Source: Fonticula alba ATCC 38817
Lineage: Eukaryota > Protista > Nucleariida
Assembly (NCBI GenBank): GCA_000388065.2
Contig: KB932215.1
DNA length: 7,044 nt
Reading direction: 5' to 3' (one strand)
The notes beneath the pieces are model-generated. The model saw only the letters and a program-made list of their open reading frames with translations. It ran no database searches and was not told the DNA's origin. The translations under genes were made by a program, and so were the position numbers. This document shows, in pieces, positions 1 to 6,932 of the stretch; the stretch's first letter is position 1, and each line of letters opens with the position of its first letter.

Positions 1-1617
1 TCGCCAGCCGCCGCAGCCGCCGAATGTCCTCATCGGCCAGGGCGTACTTCCGGCATGACCGTCGCGAATCCCAAGCGCCCTCTGGCCATCCGAAGGGACA
101 CACTGTCTGCTCGAAAGCTCCACTCAAGGACATGCCCAAGTATTCACCTATTTCCATCTTTGCCAGCATGGGCCGCACGCCAGCCGGGCCCCGGGTTCCA
201 GGTCCCGACTCGACATCGGCGCCAGCGACCGCAAGTCCGTCCCGGAGCCCGACCTGCGCGCCTGGGAATTGGCGCATGGCAGCCGAGGATCCGTCGCCAG
301 GTTGTCCAGAGACCCATCGGCCGGGGTCCGGTGCGCCGGCGAAGTGGCCGGCAAGAAGCGCCGCATGTACCGTGGCCAGCCTCAACCTCCCGGGATCCTT
401 CGACAGCGGGGCCAGCTGCGTCACCCCGGCCGACTGGGGGACAGCGCGCCACCCCCGGGCCATGGTGCCTGATGCGCCAGCGAAGTCCACCGGCCGGTAT
501 CGCCAACTGCCTGCCGATGTCCCGGAGACTGTGCCGGCGTTCTTGCAACGGCCCTCGCACGTGGGCCGCCCTCTCTGCCGGCCACGCCCCCCGCAGATGG
601 ATCATGTACTCCGGGCATTGGACCGGGCCGTGCCGGATGAGCAGGTCACAAGACACGCCGGTCAATGTGCGGATCATCGCCACCAGGGGCACCGGCACCA
701 TCTGCACCCCCTGCCACCGATGCAGCTCGCAGTGCCTCCATCCTTGCGACCCACGGCTCGGGCAGCAGCGCGTCCTTGACCCCCGGGGGAGGGGCCCCGG
801 GGCCGGCCTTCGCCAGGATCGGCACGTTGCTCGAAGGCAGCATGGCCATGGTCACTCTTGACAGGGGAGGATCCACGGTCAGCAGGTGCCCCAGCCGGCC
901 GATGCACATGCCCCGTTCCCGCGCTGGCTTGGCCAGGATCTCCGGCAGTGCTTCCCCCTTGCCTCGCCGGCAGGCGCACCAGCCGCGCCAGCACCGGCGG
1001 ACCCCGCCGGGCCCGGTCCATCAGATCCTCGAAGCCCGCATGCCCCGGGCCCGGCCCCGTCACCAGGGGCGCATGCCGCGATCGCCGGGCCGGCGCAATG
1101 CCAACCTCCCGGCCACGATGCGTCAGCGGACTTTGCCCCGATGCCCGGCCCAGCCCCAGCAGCCGACCAGCAAGCCCGAGCTCCACCAGGGGGCCACTTG
1201 CCCGAGGGGGCCCGGCAAGCCGCCGGAACAGCCGGAAGTCCGCCACATCGTCGGATCCCTGCGGCAGGGGCTCCTCCCCGGCCTCGATGGCCCGGCAGAG
1301 CCGCGCCCCGGCACACTCGGCATCGTAAAGCTCATGTGCCGCCCCGGCCGCCGCGACAACCCCAGCCACCTCCGGTGATCGTGCCGCTGGCGAGCGAGGC
1401 GAACTCCCGCACATGCGGCAGCGTCATCCCCATGGGCATTGGAACCTCGGCCGCAATCACATGCATGTGCTTTGTCATCGGGGCCGCCGGGCTCCGGAAG
1501 GGGGGGGCCGGCGTGTCGGGCCCAAGGAGAGGACAGCCTCGCCGGGCCGCCACCGCGCCCATGCCAGCGAGCCCCACACACGCCGGGCTCGCCTGCTCAC
1601 CCCCGACGCCAGCATCA

Positions 1618-1686
1618 CTGGTGGAAGGGGCCAAGGAAAAGAATGGGCGCGAGAGGGAGAGAGGCAGGAGGGGGAACTAAGGACAC
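1618..1686 (-). other. Predicted spliceosomal intron, 69 nt, phase 1
   Basis: Minus strand reads CTTG|GTGTCC, then a long pyrimidine-rich tract (ttccccctcctgcctctctccctctcgcgcccattcttttccttggccccttccac), then CAG|TG. The length is 3n, so frame is uninformative; support comes from the tract and the termini. Confidence 0.55.
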
Positions 1687-1759
1687 CAAGATGGAGAGCG
1701 CTCAGCTGGCCGGACGTTCGGATCGGAAGGGCGCTCTTGCTTGGCCGCGGCCGCCGCCA

Positions 1760-1774
1760 GGGGGGGGGGGGGGG
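1760..1774 (+). repeat. G15 homopolymer
   Basis: Counted directly from the sequence. Confidence 0.95.
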
Positions 1775-1863
1775 ACCCCGCCCAACCTCGGCCACCACTC
1801 GCGCGCGCCCCTCCGGCCGGAGGGGGACGGCCAGATAGCGCCATCTGTCGGGCTCGGCCCTGG

Positions 1864-1913
1864 CTGGTGCGGGGGGGGGGGCACCTCGCGCGGCCAACAA
1901 ACACACTTGCCAC
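1864..1913 (-). other. Predicted spliceosomal intron, 50 nt, phase 1
   Basis: Minus strand reads CCGG|GTGGCA...C11-GCACCAG|CC. Removal joins the frame of ORF 1702..2163 (MGGPDP) to the frame of ORF 1475..1906 (ARAEPDRWRYLAV), both of which I judged coding-like. Confidence 0.5.
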
Positions 1914-2211
1914 CCGGGTCAGGGCCGCCCATGGTGGAGTCCTGCGGGCGGTGCTTCCCCATGATAACCCGCATCTCCACGGCGCAGGGGTGCCGATCCA
2001 TTGCCCCCCCGTTCGTGGCCAGCCATGTGGCACACGCACACAATCGCCAGCGCTCGGCCAATGTCGCGGCCCGGGATGCGTTCGGCCGGGCAGGCCTCGC
2101 CCCCTGAGCCCGATGCCTCTGCCTTGTTGCCCATCGCATCCCCCCCTTTGTGGACATGGACACATCGCTGCTTGCGCACGCGCTGCCCGGTCCTGCGGCG
2201 GGAGCCCCTCA

Positions 2212-2305
2212 CTGCATTTCGGCCAGGAAAGACACCCGCCACGACAGACCGCGAGACTTCCCAACCGGCCGGACATTCGACGAGGGGGGGGGGGGGGGGG
2301 CTCAC
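2212..2305 (-). other. Predicted spliceosomal intron, 94 nt, phase 1
   Basis: Minus strand has a canonical donor GGGA|GTGAG followed directly by C17, and ends gtctttcctggccgaaaTGCAG|TG. Removal joins the frame of ORF 1677..2573 to the frame of ORF 1919..2551. Confidence 0.45.
2284..2300 (+). repeat. G17 homopolymer
   Basis: Counted directly from the sequence. Confidence 0.95.
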
Positions 2306-2870
2306 TCCCTGTGGGAGCCCCTCCCCCGGGAGCGAGGGCCTTGGCGGCTGCCCGTCGAAGGGCGCACGAGGCCGGGCGCCAGCAGCACCAGCCCACTGGG
2401 GCAGCCATTTGCCCGAGGCCGCCTCTCGGTCCCCTTTCCGACATCCGCAGCTCGGTCCCTTTCGCTTGCCGCCAAATGGGCCTCCCCCCAGCCGAGCGGC
2501 CGGCGACCGTGAGCCGCCCTGGCCGGTATGCCCCCGCCCCCCGCCTTCCATGCCCGGAGGTCACACTGACCACAGGCGGCCAGCCTCACGGGCAGCCCTG
2601 TGTCGAGCCTCACTCGCTGGCCCGGGGATGGGCCGGTGGCGGCCCTGCCACGATGGATGGCGGCCCGGGTGCTGCCCGAGCGCATGGGCCCCCCCGATGA
2701 TTGGACGCCCATGGCAGCCCTTGCCCACGACGCACTGTCCCGCTCCTGCCCGACAGCGAACGCACGCGGCTTGGGGGCGAGTGGGAGTCGCGACAACGGG
2801 GCGCCCCCTCCCCCGCCGGTGCCGCGCGTTGCGTTGCCTTTTTCCCCCGGCGCGGCAGCGCAGTCCGACG

Positions 2871-2963
2871 GTGCGGGCTTTCTCCCGGGGCCCTCCGGCC
2901 GGCCCTTACATGCGGGCCGCATGCCCCCCCCCCCCCCCCCCCGCTTCCCCCTGTTCTGTCCAG
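2871..2963 (+). other. Candidate intron, 93 nt
   Basis: GACG|GTGCGG donor; ends C19-gcttccccctgttctgtcCAG. Confidence 0.35.
2924..2942 (+). repeat. C19 homopolymer
   Basis: Counted directly from the sequence. Confidence 0.95.
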
Positions 2964-3468
2964 GGGGCGGCCCGGCCCACTGGCAGCCAGTGCGTGCGCG
3001 CCCGCGCGTGCCCAACATGACCCATGGCCGCCTGCGGCATGTGCGAAGACCGGGCAACGCGCCCGAAAGCCGCCGCAACCCCCCCCCCCTGGCTTCCTTT
3101 CCTTCCTTGCTCGTCGTTCCACCGGCACACATGGCCTTGCCCCTGCTCCCAGTCGTGGAGGGTGCTCCTGTCGCCGCATACCCGGGGTCCCTCACAGGAC
3201 CCGGGCCGCGGCCGACGTGGCCCCGATGCTCATGCGGGGAGGGGCGCCCGCTTGGCAGGGGGCCCTCGCGCGCGTGCTCGCCCGCATTTCGCCGGACCAA
3301 GGAGCCGCCGCGGGGCACGCCGCGCAGCAGGGCAGGCCGGCCGGCTGCGCCCGAGCCGGTCAGGCTCATGCTGCCCCCGCGCCGCCGCGCGCCGACCCCC
3401 AGGCACATGCACAGGCAGGCCGAGCGAGCGAGTCGGCGATCCAACGAGGGGGCCCAGGCGACAAACAG

Positions 3469-3508
3469 GTCCCCGGCTGTCGCAGGCGAATCCGCCCCCC
3501 CCCCCCAG
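3469..3508 (+). other. Candidate intron, 40 nt, phase 2
   Basis: ACAG|GTCCCC...C12-AG|T. Removal avoids the TAA at 3509-3511 and joins the frame of ORF 2600..3511 to KPRETHWEIR in the frame of ORF 3024..4727. Confidence 0.35.
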
Positions 3509-4005
3509 TAAGCCGAGGGAGACGCACTGGGAGATCCGGCCATGTCCACGAATGACCTCCTGCTCCCCGCGTCGCGGGGGGCGGGGGGGGGGAGCAAATG
3601 CCGAGCATGGGCTGGCCGCGAGCCGGCAGCCGGCGCACCGCAGCCGGCGCCTGTCCAGCGCTTCGCCCTGGGCCGGGGCCCGGTCGCTGCCCGGTCCCGC
3701 CACCCGGGCCAGCTCGGCCGGCATGCGGCGGGGTCCACGCGCACATGCAGGCTCGCGCACAGCAGACCGAGGAGGAATGGCTCGGGGCAGTCGGGCAATG
3801 GGCCAGGCAGGAGGAGGCCGCCATGCATGGCCGCGCCGGGTCCATCGGTCCCACACCCTGGGAAAGACATACGCACACCCACGACCGGCGAGAGGGAGGG
3901 AAAAAAGCCCGGAGGAGCCACGCGAAGAGCGCACCCCGGCGGTGCCCAACATGGGCCGCCGCGGGGCAAAGCAGCCAGCAATGCGCCGGCCATGGCGCTC
4001 CCTTG

Positions 4006-4056
4006 GTCAGGGGAGAGCCAGCCATTTCCCCCCCCCCCCCCCCCCCCCCCACCCAG
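4006..4056 (+). other. Candidate intron, 51 nt
   Basis: CTTG|GTCAGG...ttt-C23-accCAG|AC. The length is 3n, so frame is uninformative. Confidence 0.4.
4028..4050 (+). repeat. C23 homopolymer
   Basis: Counted directly from the sequence. Confidence 0.95.
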
Positions 4057-5313
4057 ACCCATGTGCCGAGGCTGATGGCTGCCATGTCCTCCACCTCCTG
4101 GCCCATTGGATGGTCGGCAGGGGGACGGCGAGCGGAGGGTGTGTCTGGCCTCCTCCCGCTCGGGCAGACGCTGCCTGGCCGCGCTCCAGCCACCAGGCCG
4201 AGGCAGGGCGTCTCGCGGGCATCCCCGCGTCGCGCCCTTCGCAGCACATGGTGCGGCCGGTTCCCGGGCCCCTCCGCCCCCATATCGCCCTTGGGCCCTC
4301 TCCCGCCCTCTTGTGCGTGTGTGCGTGGGTTATTGTGTTCCGACGCCCCGGTTCCCAGGTCACCGGAGGCCCCGCCCCTCCCCCGGCCCTCGATTCGAAA
4401 CGCCACCCGCCCCGCAGGTCGGTCGTGAGCACGACAAAAGGCAGCCCGCCTCGAGTGACTCGTGGCTCCATGACACACGGTGTGTCCTTTCGGCACTGGG
4501 GGCCTTCTACGAGGGCCACCCGGCCCCCGGGTCAAGGTCCGCCCGGCCGCCGAGAGCGCGCCTCGGACGGCGGCGACCCGAGGACCCAAGCATGCGAACA
4601 CCGGGCGACCGATGGCCCGTGCCCACGGTCGGAGTCCATTCCATCCGAGGCGGTGCCTCCTCGCCGAAGGCCCATGCAGCCTGTCCCCTTGCCCCCCCCC
4701 CCCCGCCCCCTTCCCCCCGCAAGGTGACCGTGGGCGTGGACATCGCCGGGTGGGGATCTTGGCGCGAGCCAGCAGCGAATGGCCTTGGGTCTCGCGCCCT
4801 TTTCGCCCCACTGCCCGGGTCCACTGGCCCTTGCCCGGTGGCTTCTCGGTCGGCTGTCCGCCTTGAGCGGGGCTCGGGTCGCGCTCCGGCCGCCCCGGCC
4901 GCCCCGCCCCATGCATTGGATGCCCAGAGCCCCGGCACCCGTGGCGCACCTCCGGTCACGGTCCCCCCTCCCCCGCAGGACGTCCACCCTCCCGACCGGG
5001 CCCGCCGGCGGTACGTGCCCCGGGGCAAGCCCCTGCGCGCGGCAGGCCGGGGCCCCGGGGGCCTGCCACGCCTACAAGGTTGGAAGTCGACCATGCCGCG
5101 TGCCGCGGCCCAGCGGCCCCGGCCAGCCCCCCCTCGGTGGGGGACGCTCCCTGGGCGTGTGGGGGCCGGCGGCGGGGCCGAGCCCCGTGACACCAAAGCC
5201 ACCTCGCAGCTCGCGGGCAAGCTCCGGGGCCGCGAGCTGGCACCCGGTCGCGGGGGCTTTGATTCGCCGCCCCGGCCCGTCCCTCGAGGCGGCCCCATCG
5301 GGCCGACGAATGT

Positions 5314-5330
5314 CCCCCCCCCCCCCCCCC
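5314..5330 (+). repeat. C17 homopolymer, followed by tcCAG (candidate 3' splice site at 5335)
   Basis: Run counted directly; the splice role is inferred. Confidence 0.9.
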
Positions 5331-6064
5331 TCCAGCCCGGGGAGACTGCTCGCCGCCCTGGAGCAGTGCACTCGGCCCTTTCGGCCTTCGGTGGCCCCTC
5401 TGCCCGAGCCACGGCGGTGTCCCGCAGGGCCACGCCCACGCTCTTTCCCCCAGCCCCATCGGACGGCATGTGCGTGCGTCTGTCCGTGCGTGCGCCCCAT
5501 GGCCGTGCATTTTTGCTCGCCCCACCCTGTGGCCGCCTCGGCCGGGTCAAGGCGCCCGGCCTTCCATCTTCACGCATAACCAGGACACCTCGCCGGCTCC
5601 ACCTCCCCGCCCGAGGCCCTCGCCGCACGGACTGGGCCACCTCTTCGCCGGGCCGCCGCCCCCGCAGCCGCCTCGCCATCACGCCATGCTCCCCACAAGA
5701 TGCAGCCCACCTGGCCGGAGCCGGCAAGGCGCACATGCTTGCAAGGCCCCCTCCGGCGCATGTGGCAGCCCCCTTGCCGCCTCCCGTCGAGACGCCACCA
5801 AGGGAGGTCTCCCCCCAGTGTCCCGGTGGCCCTGCACCGCCCGCCGGCCGTCGTCCAAAGAAGAATACCCCGACCTGGCGCCCGATGACACATGCTGCGG
5901 CCCGGCTCGAGCCGGCCCCCGGCCCTTCTCGGGTGGTGTCCTCCGGGTGCATGCGGCCGCCCCTGGCGCCGGGCACCCCCTTCGACACAGGGGCCCCCGA
6001 GAGCGCCCTCGGGTGTGGGCGTCCCGAGGGCGCGTGCCCGGGCCGAGGCCCCTCGGCAGGGGAA

Positions 6065-6074
6065 CAAAAACACC
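6065..6074 (+). promoter_or_regulatory. Candidate upstream element of tRNA-Glu (CAAAAACACC, -34 to -25)
   Basis: An identical 10-mer lies upstream of the neighbouring tRNA-Gln; A runs of 5 or more are otherwise seen only at 3901-3906 on this strand. Confidence 0.4.
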
Positions 6075-6098
6075 CGGCCCTCCTTTGGCCCTCACGCC

Positions 6099-6171
6099 TC
6101 CCATATAGTCTAGGTGGTTAGGATACGTGGCTCTCACCCACGAGACCCGGGTTCGAGTCCCGGTATGGGAA
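6099..6171 (+). tRNA. tRNA-Glu-CTC: tRNA-Glu, anticodon CTC (6133-6135), 73 nt, no intron, CCA not encoded
   Basis: Full cloverleaf: acceptor TCCCATA/TATGGGA, D arm GTCT/GGAT, anticodon stem CGTGG/CCACG with loop CTCTCAC, T stem CCGGG/CCCGG with loop TTCGAGT, discriminator A. Internal A-box (D-arm region) and B-box (GGTTCGAGTCC) are present. Confidence 0.97.
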
Positions 6172-6176
6172 ATTCC

Positions 6177-6180
6177 TTTT
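6177..6180 (+). terminator. Pol III oligo-T terminator (T4, minimal length)
   Basis: TTTT starts 6 nt after the tRNA-Glu discriminator base. Confidence 0.6.
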
Positions 6181-6217
6181 GGACGCCCGGCCGGCGGGCC
6201 GCGCCTCTTCCCGGCTC

Positions 6218-6227
6218 CAAAAACACC
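6218..6227 (+). promoter_or_regulatory. Candidate upstream element of tRNA-Gln (CAAAAACACC, -49 to -40)
   Basis: Identical to 6065-6074. Confidence 0.4.
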
Positions 6228-6230
6228 GCC

Positions 6231-6237
6231 ATTTAAA
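6231..6237 (+). promoter_or_regulatory. TATA-like ATTTAAA at -36 to -30 of tRNA-Gln
   Basis: AT-only heptamer in GC-rich DNA, at about the position where TFIIIB/TBP binds upstream of eukaryotic tRNA genes. Confidence 0.4.
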
Positions 6238-6266
6238 GCCCCGGCGCGCGGGCACCGCCGTCCGCC

Positions 6267-6338
6267 GGTTGAGTGGTGTAATGGTTATCACGGCAGACTC
6301 TGAATCTGTCAATCCGAGTTCGATTCTCGGCTCGACCT
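6267..6338 (+). tRNA. tRNA-Gln-CTG: tRNA-Gln, anticodon CTG (6300-6302), 72 nt, no intron, CCA not encoded
   Basis: Full cloverleaf: acceptor GGTTGAG/CTCGACC (one U:G pair), D arm GTGT/TCAC, anticodon stem GCAGA/TCTGT with loop CTCTGAA, T stem CCGAG/CTCGG with loop TTCGATT, discriminator T as is typical of eukaryotic tRNA-Gln. Confidence 0.97.
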
Positions 6339-6344
6339 CTCTGC

Positions 6345-6352
6345 TTTTTTTT
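6345..6352 (+). terminator. Pol III oligo-T terminator (T8)
   Basis: Eight T residues start 7 nt after the tRNA-Gln discriminator base; this is the longest T run in the window. Confidence 0.85.
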
Positions 6353-6422
6353 GGACGCGCGCCCGGGCCGGGCGCATGCACCGGGGCCCGCCGGCCCCGC
6401 AAGCCGGGCCTCCCCTCCCCCC

Positions 6423-6932
6423 ATGCTTGCCTGGCTCCTGCTCGGGCTGGCCCCCCGACCGCCGGACCAAAGACGCCAGCCGCCGGCCGGCAGCCGCGTG
6501 AGGGGGGCTCCTCGCCCCCATATGGGCAGCCGCGCCCCCGCATGGGAATACCCATCGAGCCGCACAACCGCGCCCACTTGGAACCCGGCCCCCGGGCGTC
6601 CGCCCGCCACCCGGGCTGCTGTCTGCCTGGCACTACACCGCCGGCGCCTGGGCTTCGTGCGCCGCGGGGCGGGGCGCCCGCCGTCTGCTCAACTGGCCGC
6701 GGCTGTGGCGCCGCCGGCCGCGACCGCATCGCGGCTCGCCCCCACACATGCAACCCCGCCTCGCGGGCGCCCGGAAGCCCCGGACCCGGCGCGCCCGGCC
6801 CCTCCGCCGCGCGGTGCCCATCTTGCGGCCGTCCGCCCGCCCGAGAGCCGGCACGCCTCCCGCCCTGGCCGTGGCGCTGCCCTGGCACGGGGGCACGCAG
6901 CCCGCAAGCCGGGCACCGTTGCCGGCCCCTGA
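6423..6932 (+). CDS. Weak candidate coding segment (MLAWLLLGLAP...AVCLALHRRRLGFVRR...)
   Basis: Part of ORF 6351..6932 from the ATG at 6423. It has some protein-like hydrophobic patches but is mostly P/A/R/G-rich and has no recognisable domain. Confidence 0.2.
   Translation: MLAWLLLGLAPRPPDQRRQPPAGSRVRGAPRPHMGSRAPAWEYPSSRTTAPTWNPAPGRPPATRAAVCLALHRRRLGFVRRGAGRPPSAQLAAAVAPPAATASRLAPTHATPPRGRPEAPDPARPAPPPRGAHLAAVRPPESRHASRPGRGAALARGHAARKPGTVAGP

Larger units (their letters stand above)
1..2573 (-). pseudogene. Spliced, multiply frameshifted protein-coding gene of unknown function (pseudogene or assembly-damaged gene); runs off the left edge, 5' end uncertain
   Basis: Successive minus-strand segments read as ordinary protein with G/C-ending codons: AERIPGRDIGRALAIV, MDRHPCAVEMRVIMGKH, RAEPDRWRYLAVPLRPEG, VMLASGVSRRARRVWGSLAW, AAHELYDAECAGARLCRAIEAGEE, EALPEILAKPARERGMCIGRLGHLLTV, VPLVAMIRTLTGVSCDLLIRHG, RLRLATVHAALLAGHF and KYALADEDIRRLRRLA. 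They are joined by three GT-AG introns and about 7 single-base frameshifts. Frame choice was by eye and no homologue was recognised. Confidence 0.5.
2600..5900 (+). pseudogene. Possible spliced and frameshifted plus-strand coding region(s) of unknown function; boundaries approximate
   Basis: Protein-like patches in changing frames: ALPRWMAARVLPERMGPPDDWTPMAALAHDAL, VAPMLMRGGAPAWQGALARVLARI, KPRETHWEIR, AQQTEEEWLGAVGQWARQEEAAM, AEADGCHVLHLLAHWMVG, VTVGVDIAGWG, PLALARWLLGRLSAL and GRLLAALEQC. Several start just after a C-run plus AG. No continuous model or homologue could be established. Confidence 0.3.

Noticed and set aside
1005-1075. RHAPLV...GHAGFEDLMDRARR resembling an integrase HHCC zinc-binding N-terminus
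   Set aside because: No CxxC follows at the proper distance and no DDE core is visible.
1423-1544. LINE reverse transcriptase look-alike on the minus strand: RRGCPLLGP (cf. RQGCPLSP) about 36 codons before HGDD (cf. YADD)
   Set aside because: The motifs are in different frames, neither being the better coding frame at that point. The sequence between them does not resemble RT, and no other RT motifs are in register. A frameshift-aware RVT_1 HMM search would be the final test.
4326-4403. A-box-like TGGGTTATTGTG and B-box-like GATTCGAAACGCC as a decayed tRNA or SINE
   Set aside because: Both deviate from consensus, no cloverleaf stems form, and there is no terminator or A-rich tail.
90-4493. 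Inverted similarity between 90-109 and 4474-4493 (17/20) with a nearby CACTC(A/G)AGG
   Set aside because: It does not extend, the spacing differs between copies, and part of the match is CA/GT low complexity. It is insufficient to call terminal inverted repeats or a duplication.
4205-5067. Strong GC hairpins (e.g. 4205-4238, 5041-5067)
   Set aside because: Such stems are common by chance at this GC content, and none has a U tract or a recognisable RNA motif.
21-5315. Three copies of CGAATGTCC (21 +, 2271-2279 -, about 5307 +)
   Set aside because: It is a short word with unrelated flanks, and such repeats are expected after testing thousands of 9-mers.
1760-5330. Roughly 520-660 bp spacing of long G/C runs suggesting a degenerate tandem repeat
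   Set aside because: The intervals do not align by eye, the run strand switches, and additional runs break the period. Regular exon-plus-intron size explains it more simply.
2302-6121. Very long track ORFs (4106..6121 +, 3024..4727 +, 2302..4062 -, 3366..4949 -, 4507..5988 -) as real proteins
   Set aside because: They overlap in all six frames, translate as low-complexity P/A/R/G, and read through C/G homopolymers as poly-Pro or poly-Gly. This is what stop-poor GC-rich DNA produces.
5800-6600. snRNA, 7SL, 5S or spliced-leader RNA gene next to the tRNAs (as in trypanosomatid clusters)
   Set aside because: No sequence I recognise as U2, U6, 7SL, 5S or a known SL on either strand. An Rfam cmscan would confirm.
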